From Elusimicrobiota bacterium (GTDB lineage Bacteria; Elusimicrobiota; Elusimicrobia; UBA1565; JACRDR01), in contig JAPLKK010000017.1 in NCBI GenBank assembly GCA_026388115.1, forward strand, positions 15,667-79,666: a stretch of 64,000 nucleotides of DNA. The letters are read 5' to 3'. The stretch's first letter is position 1. Each line of letters opens with the position of its first letter. Positions 25,401-37,400 of this stretch are shown here, one piece after another. The translations under genes and the position numbers were made by a program. The notes under the pieces are model-generated. The model had not been told where the DNA came from, made no database searches, and worked only from the letters and a program-made list of their open reading frames with translations.

Positions 25401-28400
25401 CGGCAAGCTCGATTGCGCGACCGGCGCCGGCAACCTGTACGCGTCTCCCGACGGCACGGTCTGGGCGCAGACCTTGAGCAGCGCGATGACGAACCAAGGC
25501 CCGATCTATGCCCTGGCGGCCTTCAACGGGAAGCTGAACGCCGGAGCCGGCACGGGCAATGTGATCCAGCTCGCCCCGGTCGCCGCCGCCATCAGCGGGA
25601 CCGACGGCACGCTGGCCTCGCAGAACCTGTCCTCGATGCTGAACCTGACCTTGTCCACGAACACCGCCGTCTGCGCGGGCTCCTGGCCTTGCGGGGCGAC
25701 GAACCAGGTCCTGTTCACGGCCTCCGACCGGGCGGGCAACGTGACGCGGTCCGGGCCGTTCGCCCTCCTCGTCGACACCCCGGTGGACAGCGCCACGCCG
25801 ACGCTGCACCTGCCGATGGACATGGGCTACGCGAGCCAGCCGTCGCCGGTCTTCACCTGGGTGCATCCGAGCACGACGGCCTTCCGCGGGCTCTCGGTGT
25901 TCCATTTCGAGCTGGCCAACTCCGCCTCGATGAGCCCGCTGCTGGTCAACGTGGCCACCCCGGTCGTCTTCGGGATGCCCGCGCCGTCGTACGCCCTGGC
26001 CGCGGCCCTGGCGCCGGCGACCACCTATTTCTGGCGCGTGCGGGCCGAGACGTTCGCAGGCGTGCTCGGCCCGTATTCGTCGACCTACTCGTTCCAGACC
26101 GCCTTCTCCTCGCCGGCGGCGTCGAACTTCGTGCACTTCAGCTCCACGGGCGGGGCGCTGACCGCTCTGCAGGACTCCGACCTGAGCGTCGGCGTCACGG
26201 TGCAGATCACGGCGGTTGACCTGCAGACCGGCTTGAGCTTCTGGGGCTCGCCGGACGCCACGGCGATGCTCTTCTATCCGTTCGAGGACGTCGTCAACCC
26301 GCCGGCCCTCAACGCGTTCAACGGAGTCAACCCGCTCTCCTTCGTGGGCGGCGCGGCCGTCGGTCCGGGCCGCTGGGGCAAGGGCGCGGTGCTCAACGGC
26401 GCCAACGGCACGCTGACGACGCCGAACACGCCCGGGCTGCAGGACCTGACCGGCAGCATCACGCTCGAGACGTGGATCAAGCCGTCCTCGCTCGTCTCGA
26501 ACGACACGACGTTCATCCGCAAGGGCGGCAACGTGTTCGGCTGGTCTTTGGAGTACCTGGGCGGCCTCTTGGTCTTCTGGCTGGGCAACGGCGCCGGGCC
26601 CACCTGCGGAGTGAACGCCGTCTGCGTCAACGCGGTCCTGGCCGGCGGCGAATGGTATCACCTCGCCGGGGCCTACGACGGCACGGCGATGAGCTTGTAT
26701 GTGGACGGCAAGCTGATGGCGGTCACGCCCTATTCGTCCGGCGGCGGGTTCAACTCCGACGCCCTCTATGTCGGCAGCTACCAGGGAACGAGCCGCTTCT
26801 TCGGCGGCGTCATCGACGACGTGCGCGTCTTCGCCGCCGGGCGCACCGCGGCGCAGGTGCTCTACGACTTCCGCAGCCCGACGCCGCCCTTGGCCCTGTA
26901 CTCGACGAGCGCCGGCAACGCCTGGAGCGTGGTCTCGGCCACGTATCCGGCGTATCCCGGCCTGCCGTTCATCTCCTTGACGGGCCTCCAGGGCACGACG
27001 AGCGCCCAACCGGTGCAGCTGGTCGGCTTCAGCGTCGTGCAGTCCACCAGCGTCCTGCCGGGGGCCGGGGCGACGAACCAGGTGAAGTTCCTCTTCGCCG
27101 ACGTGGCGGGCAACGCGGTCGTCGCCGGGCCGTACGGGATGATCTTCGACTCGGTGGCGAGCGTGGCGCTGGACACGCCCTCCGCGCCCGGCAACGGCGT
27201 CTACGTCAGCTCGCCGAGCCCGAATTTCTACTGGCAGGCGGCGGGCTTGGCCGGCGTGACGCTGTATGAGATGCGCGCCTCGATCGACCCCGCCTTCGGT
27301 CCGCTGTCGATCAGCATCAGCACGCCGGCGACGACCGGCGTCTTCATCGGCACCTACAACGCGGTCGAGGTGCTGGCGCCGTCGACCACGTATTACTGGC
27401 AGCTCCGTTCGCGCACGACCCTCAACCGGACCAGCGCCTGGTCCACCGCGTACTCGTTCGTCACTGATTTCGTGCCGCCCGCCCTGGCGACCTACACGAC
27501 GGTGGGCTCCTACGGGGCGGTCCTGACCGAGGCCCAGACGCAGATCTCCACGTCGGTGGCCGTGCGCATCCAGGCCTTCGACGGCCTCGCGGGCCTGGCG
27601 GGCTCGGGCTTCCGCGTCGTCTACTCGAGCAACGCGGGCGCCTCGTGGAGCCTCGTGTCCTCGACGGCGCCCTCGGCCGGCCCGTACCTGCAGGTGACGT
27701 GGCAGGACGGGCAGTCGAGCGGCACGCTGAGCCTCGTCAACCTCTTCCTCGGGCAGTCCACGAGCACGACGATCTGCGGCGGCGCGGCGCCCTGCGCGGC
27801 CACCAACCAAGTCCTCTTCTACATCAACGACCGCGGCGGCAACCTCTCGATCGCCGGGCCCTACGCGATCCTCGCCGACACGACGGCGGCGCTGGCCATC
27901 TCCGCACCGGCGGTCCCCGCCGCCGGAGCGTGGGTCACGGCCAACCCCGGCGCGGCCTACGTCTGGAACACCCCGAGCACCTCGACCTTGTCGGGCTTGG
28001 CCGCCTTCTACCTCGAGGTCGCGGCGAACCCCTCGTTCAACCCGCTGGTGTTCACCGTCTCCACGCCCGCGGTGCCCGGCGCACTGGCCGCGGCCTATGT
28101 GTCCACGCACACGCTGGCCGAAGGGGCGACGATCTACTGGCGGGTGCGCTCCTTGGACAGCCTCGGCAACTTCAGCCCCTACTCGGCGCCGTCCACCTTC
28201 CTCGTGCAGTCGGGCGCGCCCAACCCGCTGGCCTACGGCGTGGTGAGCTCGACGGGCGGCATCCTCACCGAGGCCGACGCGCTCGGGAACTACACCGCCG
28301 CGGTCACGCTCGCGGCCCAGGACTCCTTGAGCGGCCTGTCGGCCGGCGGCGCCTCGGTCGTCGTCTCCATCAACGCGGGCAACGACTGGTACGCCCTGGC

Positions 28401-31400
28401 CGGCACCTTCACCGCGCTGTCGGGCACCGCGGAAACGGGCGTGCTGTCGCTCGCGTACTTCGGCGGCTACCTGTACGCGGGCACCCAGGGGACGGCGCGG
28501 GTGTACCGCTCTCCCGACGGCCGCAACTGGTACCCGGTCTACGCCTTCGGCGGCAACAGCGCGGTGCCGAGCCTCGCGGTCTTCAACGGCCAGCTGTACG
28601 CCGGCACCAGCGGCGGCATGTCCGGAGGCCGCGTGTTCAGCTCGCCGGACGGGACGCAATGGTCGTCGGCCTATGCCCCGGCGGGCGTCGCGAGCATCAG
28701 TGCTCTGGCGGCCTACGACGGCCGCGTCTACGCGACGCTGGATGACGGCTGGATCGCGGCCTCGACCAACGGCGTCAACTGGGCGAAGATGGCGCTGTTG
28801 CCCAACGGAGCGGCCACCGCGCTGACCGTGTTCAAGGGCAAGCTGTACGCGACTTGCGGCGGCGCCTATCTATGCTCGAGCTACGGCGGGACGACTTGGT
28901 CGTCGACCCAGCGCTTCAGCAGCTTCACGGTGCTCGACGCCCTGGCCTCCTTCAACGGCCGTCTCTACGTCGGCGGCGACGGCGGCATCGCGTCCGCCCC
29001 CGACGACCTGACCTGGCCGTGGCGCTTCGAAGTCTGGACGGGGGGCGAGACGGTCGCGAGCTTCGGCACCGTCGGTGGGCGGCTGTACGCGGCCACGGCG
29101 CAGAGCGCGGCGCTGTATGCGGTCATCGACAGCGGCCATTGGGCGCAGGTCTTGTCCGGGACCGGCGAGTCCGACATCGCCGCCTTGCAGGCCTTCAACG
29201 GCAAGCTGTACGCCGGCACGCTGCCCCACGGCTTCGTCCTCGAGCTGAGCCCCTTGGCGGCGCTCATGCCCGGCGGCGACGGCGCCACCGGCGTGCAGTC
29301 CTTGCGCGCCTCCGGCTTGACGCTGACCCAGTCCACGACGACGGCCCTGTGCGGCGGCGCCGTTCCCTGCGGGGCGACCAATGAGGTGCGCTTCACGGCG
29401 GCGAACATGGCGGGCAACGTCCGCTTCGCCGGGCCCTACGCGGTGCTCATCGACACCGTCATCGCCACGGCCCGGCCGATGCTGGTCGAGCCGGTCGTCG
29501 AGGGCTTCTCGCTGAAGGTGCCCGAGTTCCGCTGGACGGTGAGCACCGCGGTCTCGATGGGCAACCTCACGGGCTTCGAGTTCCAGCTGGCCAACGCCCC
29601 CGACTTCATCGCGCTGCTGTGGGCGCAGCGCACGATGGACCGGGCCTTGACGTTGCCCTTCTATCTCGGCGAGGGCGGCAAGTATTACTGGCGCGTGCGC
29701 GCCTTCGACGTGGCCGGCACGACCTCCACCTTCTCCGACGTGTCGACCGTGTTCATCGACACCTTCCCGCCGATCGGCAACAGCTTCGCGGCGTTCACCT
29801 CGACCGGACTGGCCGTGCCGGAAGGCACTCTCATCGACCTGGCCAGCGGCGTAACGGCCCAGCTGACGGTGCAGGACACGGTGAGCGGCCTGCGGCTCAG
29901 CGGGCCCGGGCCGGCGGCCGTCATCCCGGGGACGGCGCTGTTGTGGCGCTTCGACGAGGGGACCTACTCCACGGCCACGTCGAACTCGGCGTGGCCCGGG
30001 CAGAAGGTCTATGACAGCGGGCCTTGGGGCAGCACGGGCGCGGTCGCCGGCTTGCCGGTCTGGGTCAACGGCCGCTTCAACAAGGCCCTGCGCTTCTCGG
30101 GCACGGGAGCGGACTGGGTGTACGGCATCTGGCCCTTCCTGTCGCTGAGCAGCCCGACGGTCGAAGCCTGGATCAACACGCTGAGCACCAGCGGCTACGT
30201 CCTCTCCTCGCAGGGCGGCGCCTACTCGGTGTTGATCGGCTCCGCCGGCTTGAGCGCCGGCGACATCGGCGCCATCTTCAACACGGTGCTCGTGGACTGC
30301 GGCCGTCGCGTCGACGACGGGGGCTGGCACCATGTGGCCGCGACGGACGACGGCGCGGACCTGTCATTCTACCTCGACGGGGCGCTGTGCGGATCCACGC
30401 CGGCGCCGGCGAGCTTGCCCGCGCCGGGCACCTTGGACGTCGGCGTCAACATCGACGGCAGCGGGGCCTTCAGCGGGGTCATCGACGAGGTGCGCATCAT
30501 CGACCACCCGCTCGGCGCGGCGGAGATACTGCGCGACGCCACCTTCGGCGTCCCCTACGCGGCGGCGTTCTCCACCAACGCCGGCCGCAGCTTCCAGCTC
30601 GTGACCTCCACCTATCCCGTCACATCGACGTCGCCGTACGTGTCGGTGAGCGGCGCCGACGGCGCGACGAGCCCGCAGGCCTTGCAGATCTGCAATCTGA
30701 CCCTCACCCAGTCGACGAACACGAAGACCGGCGCCCAGGGGACCAACCAGATGGTCTTCGTGGCGAGCGACCGGTCGGGCAACCTCGCGAAGTTCGGACC
30801 CTTCACGATCCTGGTGGACTCGCTGATCGGCCAGCCGACCGCCTACTACCCGGCGCCGGGGAGCTGGGTCAACAGGCTCTCGCCCGCGTTGACCTGGGCC
30901 GAGGCGAACGCGCTGCCGCGCCACGAGGTCCTGCTGTCGCGCGACAACTTCCTGACCCTGGTGATGGACTCCACCACCGCCAACAGCGACATCCTCCTTT
31001 CGGGCTATCCGACCAGGCTCACGCTGGCGCAGGGCGGCACCTACCAATGGAAGGTGAGGGCGACGGGCTTGACCGGCAATAAGTCGCTGTACTCGGCGGC
31101 GAACCAGTTCACCGTCGACGCCGTCGCGCCGACGGCCGGAGGCTTCGGGACCTACAGCTCGACCGGCGCCTTCCTCGACCAGACGCAGTGGAGCAACCGG
31201 TACGGCGCCAACACCGTCCAGGCGCGCTTCCAAGACACCGGGCCGAGCGGCCTGGCCATGTCCACCGGCTCCTTCGGCGTGATGTACTCGACGACCGCGG
31301 GGCTCAATTGGGTGGACTGGTCCCAGCTCGTGTCGACGCTCGCCGTCCAGGGCGCGACGGCGGTTTCCGCTCTCGCGTCCTTCGACGGCTCGCTCTACGC

Positions 31401-34400
31401 GGGCTCCTCGGGCAACGGGCAGGTCGTGACGAGCGCGGACGGCGTGTCCTGGACGCCGGCCTTCGGGTTCCCGGGCCAGAGCGGCGTCTTGAGCCTGCAG
31501 CCCTTCGCGGGCCAGCTTTTCGCCGGCGTCTCACCCGGCCATCAGGTCTGGGCCTCGGCCGACGGGGCCAGTTGGGCCCAGGCGTTCGACACCGGCGGGG
31601 GCAGCGCGGTCGAGAGCATGGTCCTGTTCGACGGCAAGCTGTTCATGGGCACCGACAACAACGCTTCGATCTACTCCTCGGTGGACGGCTCGAGCTTCAC
31701 GCTGGCCGCCGCCATCGGCGGCCAGACGGACGTCCTGGCCTTCGCGGTCTTCGACGGCCACCTCTACGCCGGGACCGCGGGCGGCAACGGGGCGCAGCTG
31801 TGGCGCAGCCCCGACGGCGCGCGCTGGCAGCTGGCCTGGCCGCCGGCCGGCAACACCACCGGCGAGACGCGCGTGCGCAGCCTCGCCGTCTTCAACGGCA
31901 AGCTTTACATGGGCACGGCGCCCGGCGGGCTGATCCTTGCCTCCGTCGACGGCCTGACCTGGCCCGGCACGGCGCTCTCGGGCACCGGCGCGACCGACGT
32001 CCCGGCGATGACGTCGACCAACGGCAAGCTGTACGCCTCCCTGGCGGCGCCCGGCGGCATGCTGTACGCCACCGCCGACGGCGTGAACTGGCGGCTCACC
32101 CTGAGCGGGACTTCCGACAACGGCTTCGCGAGCCTGACCTCCTTCAACGGCGGGCTGTACGCCGGCGGGAGATCGAGCGGCTGGGTGTACGCGATGCCGC
32201 CCGTCGTCTCCGCTTTCACGGGCGTGGACGGCTCGATCGGCGTGGAGACGATGACGGCGACGGGCCTCGCCCTCACGCAATCCGCCGACGGTACGAGATG
32301 CTCGGGCGGCGTCGGGTCGTGCGCGGCGACGAACCAGGTCCTGTTCTCGGCGAGCGACCGCGCGGGCAACGCGGTGTCCTACGGGCCCTACAGCGTGCTC
32401 GTCGATTCGTCGGTCCCGCAGCCGGTCATCGCTGCCCTGACCGCGACCTCCACGGACTCGGTCCGGGTGGACCTGTACCCGGTGCCCGACCTGCTGTCCG
32501 GGACGTCCGACTACCAGTACTACCTCTCGGGCGTGTCCGACTTCTCGGACGCCGTGACGACCACGCCCTTCGTGACGACCTCGAGCTACACCTTCCGCGG
32601 CCTCGGCGAGGCGACGACCTATTATATCCGCGCCGTCGCCCGCGACAGGGTGGGCAGCGTCTCGCCGTACTCCGTCCTCGCCGCCACGATGACCGACGGC
32701 GTGCTGTACTCGTCGTACACCGATATCACCTCGTCTTCGGCGTACCAGTCCACCGACCAGCCGATGCTGCGTCTGATGCTGTGGACCGAGGTGGGGCGGA
32801 CCGCCCTCCTGAACCGGCTCGAGGTCCACATGGACACCGCCGCCAACCCGGCGGCGCCCTTGTCGTCGCCCCTGGGGGCGGGCAACGACGCTGATATCCT
32901 CATCGCCAAGCTGTACGCCGACGCCCAGGGCTTGGGCGTCTTCGACTCGCACGCGGTGCAGTTGGGCGAGGCGCCGATGTCGAACGGCCGCGCGATAATC
33001 GACCTGAGCGGCAACGTCCAGGCGATCCAGTCCTCCACGCGGACGTACTTCGTCGTGTACAAGGTCGCCGACGCGGCGGCGATCAACGACCGGCTGGACG
33101 CGGTGCTCCTCGACGACAACGCCCTCGGCTTCGCGAACTCCTACCGGGCCCTGGCGGCGTACTCCGTGTCCTCGCTCAACACGTATCCGGTCATCTCCAG
33201 CGGCACGGTGGTCGTCGACGGCCCCAACAACCTGTACGTCGACGCCCTGTCGGTCGCCCCGCAGACCGCGGCGCCGGGCCAGTCGGGGATCCCGATGATG
33301 CGGCTGCGCATGAACACCGACCACGGCACGAGCGCGCTCGACCACGTGGTCTTCGATGTGACCGGCTCCGCGGTGGCGTCGACGGACGTGGCCTCCATCG
33401 CGATCTATCGCGACGACAACGGCGACGGCGTTTACGAGCCCGGCATCGACGGGCTGGTCACGTCGGGCAACGACCTCTTCAGCAACGCCGTGGCGAGTGT
33501 GGCCTTTGTGACCTCACTCCATGTGCCCATCTCCTCGCGCACGATCAACTCGGGCACCCAGGACTATTTCGTCCTGATCAACATGGCGCTCGGCGCCCAG
33601 CCGAGCGACCTGGTCGGCGTCTCGGTGACCGCCTCGAGCTCCGTCGTGACGGTGGGGCCGGACACGCCGATCCTGTCGGCGTCGCCGCTCTCCTCCAGCC
33701 AGGTCCGGCTGTCTTTGCCCAACAGGCTCTATCTGAGGACCAGCTCGGTGGCCCCGCCCTCGGTCAAGCAGGGACAGAAGTACGCGGTGCTCATGACCTC
33801 CATGAACGTCGTCTGCGGCCTGCCCGCCTGCGCCAACCCGGGCGCGACCACGGTGACCGGCCTCCAGGTCAACCGCACAGGCACCGCGCAGGACGGCGAC
33901 GTGGCCGCCGTCGAGGTCTGGAAGAGCGCCAATCCGGGCTCGCCCTTCAACCCGTCGGCCGACTATCCGCTCGGCACCGGGGCGTTCGTCGGCGGCACCT
34001 CCTTCGTCGCCTTCTCGACGCAGACGCTCACGAGCCCGACGACGTCGGTGTTCTTCATCGTCTATACCTTGAGCGTCAACGCCAACGCGGGCGCCACCGT
34101 CGGCGCGAGCCTGACCAACAACACCTACGTCACCGTGACGAACCCCGACACGACGGTGACGGGCGCCTTCCCGATGCCGACGGTCTCGACGACTTCGTTG
34201 ATCGCCCAGACCGTGAACAAGCTCCTGGTCACCAACTCCCAGGACGTCACCGTCGCGGCCCAGTTCCTCCAGGCGCGCGCCGACCTGCCGCTGCTGCGGC
34301 TCGACGTGCACGCCGACCAGAACACCGTCTCGTGGACGGGCCTGACGCTCCGGAGCACCGGCACCGCGATGGACTCGGATATCGCGGCCGTCAAGGTCTA

Positions 34401-37400
34401 TGCGGACGCCAACGGCAACGGACAGCTCGACGTGGGCACCGATACGCTGGTCACCAGCGGCAACGACCGGTTCACCAGCGGGTTGGTCACCGTGGGCTTC
34501 ACGCAGTCCCAGGTCATCGCCGCGAGCACGCAGACGTTCTTCGTCTCTGTGGACATTCCGGCCACAGCCATCCCCGGCGATACCTTCGGCGTGGTCGCGC
34601 TCTCGAGCGGCAGCCTCATCGTCGTCGCGCCGAACACGGTCTCGACGACGAGCGTCTCCTTCCCGCTCAAGACGACGCCCGTGCCGATCCAGCAGTATCC
34701 CAACATCATCACCGCTTCGACGGCCTCTTTGGCCCCGGCCGCGATCGACCCGTCGCAGACCAACGTGGGGATGCTGGCCCTCACGCTCAAGACCAACGTT
34801 TCGAACGCGCGCTGGTCGAAGCTGCTCCTCGATCGCGTCGGCGGCCTCGACGCCGACGTCAAGGAGGTCCGCGTCTATTACGACGCCAACAACGTGGGCT
34901 CATGGGACTCGAGGAACGCGAACGCGTATCTTCTCGTCACCTCGACGGGCCAGAGCTTCGGGCTCAAGGGCATCCAGGGTCAGGTGAGCTTGAGCATCGC
35001 CCTGCCGCCGTCGCAGCCGGTGAACTCGACGCCGAAGACGTTCTATATCGTCATCGACATAGCGAACGGGGCCTTGCCGTCGGACTCGATCGCGGTGCGC
35101 ATCCTCAACGCGAACTACCTCACGGTCGACGCCCCCAACACCGTCGCCGCCTTCTCGGCGCAGTCCGGCGCGTCCGTCGTGAACCAGCAGGCCGCGATGA
35201 TGACGGTCGTCGCCTCCACCGGCGTCCTGCCCGCCGTCGTGCGACAGGGCGACTTCAGCGTGCCGTTCGCGCGCTTCGATCTGCAGATGGACCGCTACAC
35301 CGCGCTGTGGACGAAGCTGACGGTCACCGAGGGAGGCACGGCGGCGGACGCCGACGTCAGCAAGGTCAGGCTGTATCTGGCCGCCAGCTCCAGCGAAACG
35401 ACGGTCCAGCCGTTCAGCGACCAGCAGGTGGCCGCGGGCACCTTCGTCTCGGGCCAGGTCATCCTGACCTTCCAGCTCCCGCAGGTCATCTTGTCGACGA
35501 GGACGTTGACGTACTTCCTGACGTACGACATCTCGCCGGTCGCGCAGGCCGGGGTGCTGGCCGGCGCCACGATGAGCGGCCCGGGCTCGTTCGTGCTGGC
35601 CGCGCCCAACGGCGTCAATCCCACCGGCTTCCCGATCCACTCGGGCCTGGCGCTGATCCAGCCGACGGTGACGGGCGTGCTGGCCAGCTTCCAGGACAAG
35701 GCTCCGGCGGGCCTGAAGCAGGGGGCCACCGCCCAGGTGATGATGAGCCTGACCCTTCAGACGACCTCCAACGAGGCCCTGTGGTCCTCGCTCGTCGTGC
35801 AAAAGACGGGCACCGCGCCGGACGCCGACATCCACGCGGTGCGCCTCTTCGTGGACGCCGACGGCAGCGGCGTCCTCAAGCCCGGAGACGCGGAGCTGAC
35901 CTCCGGCGCCGACCGCTTCATCAACGGCTCGGTGACGCTGGCGTTCAACACGCCGCAGGAGATCAGCCCGACGCCGAAGCGGTACCTGCTCGGTCTCGAC
36001 GTGGACCTCCACGCCTCGCCGACGGACACCGTGGGCCTGGCGATCCCGTCGCCCTCCTACTTCGGTCTCGTCGCGCCGAACTACGTCATCAACAGCGGAT
36101 TCCCGCTGCAGTCGTCGAGGATACCGGTCGCCAAGCTCCCGGATATCCTCGACGTGACCTTCACGGACCTGGCGCCGACGGGGGCCAACGAGGGCTCCGA
36201 AACGCTGATGGCGCGGTTGCGGCTGCGCGCCGAGCGCGACAACGCCGTCTTCACGAGCTTGCGCCTGCTCAAGATGGGCTCGTTGCCCGACGTGAATGTG
36301 ACGCAGGTGCGCCTGTATCTCGATGCGAACAACAACGGCGCGGTGGACCCGCAGGACGTGCTCGTGGCGACGGCCGCCTTCTCCAACGGCATGGTCGCGT
36401 TGAGCACGTCGAACGCGATCCTCACCTCGACGCAGACGTACCTGCTGACCTGCGTCCTCGACCCCGGCGCCGCGGTCGGCGCGACGCTGGGCTTGCGCGT
36501 GCCGGACAGCACCTACGTGGGCGCGGCCTTCCCGGACACCCTGTCGGCGCCGGCCTTGCCCTTCTCGACCATCCTCGTCAACGTGCTCGACGCCCGCACG
36601 CCGTCGAAGCCCGTGGTCACGGTGCCCGGCGGGTACTGGGCCGCCTTCGACAACCTGCCGTTCAGCTGGACCTCCCAGGTGGCGCTGGGCTCGATCATGG
36701 ACGTGCAGTACGCCGTCGGCACGGCTTCGACGATGACCGATGTCCTGGCTTGGCAGGACCTGCCGCCGTCGCAGGCGGACGTGACCATCGCCGGGCTCAA
36801 CCTGCAGAGCGGGATCACGTACTTCGTGCTCGTCCGGGCGATCAACGTCATCGGAGGCGTGACGTTCGTCAGCCCCATCGGCGTGTCGCAGGGAGTGCTC
36901 ATCGACTATCAGATCCCGCGGCCGCCCGTGCCCTTGGTCAGCGTGAGCGAAAACGCGGTGCGCATCGCCTGGCCGGCCGTGACGACGGCGGTCGACAGCT
37001 CGACGCTCCCGTCGGGGATCATGGGGTACCTGGTCCAATACCGCACGGGAGCGAGCCCCGTCTGGATCAACGCCAAGACCCAGCTGGCGGTCCCGTCGTC
37101 CATGGCCTTCGGCCCGGCGGCCGCGTGGGCCGCGCGCAAGGCGGCCCAGAACGGCGTCGCGCCGGCGGCGGTCGCGCTCTCGTCGGCGGATCTCATCACC
37201 AACACCAGCTACAATTTCGCTCCGCCGGCCGGCACGGTCTACCTTAAGGCGAGCGCGGTCAGCAACTCCGGACAGATCAGCGCGGACTCGCCGGTGCAGA
37301 AGGTCCAGGTCGGCGCCCTGCCGAAGGGCGGCATCACCAACGTCAGAAACTACCCGAACCCGTTCGACTCGCGCACCGGGGTGACGACGATCAACTTCAC

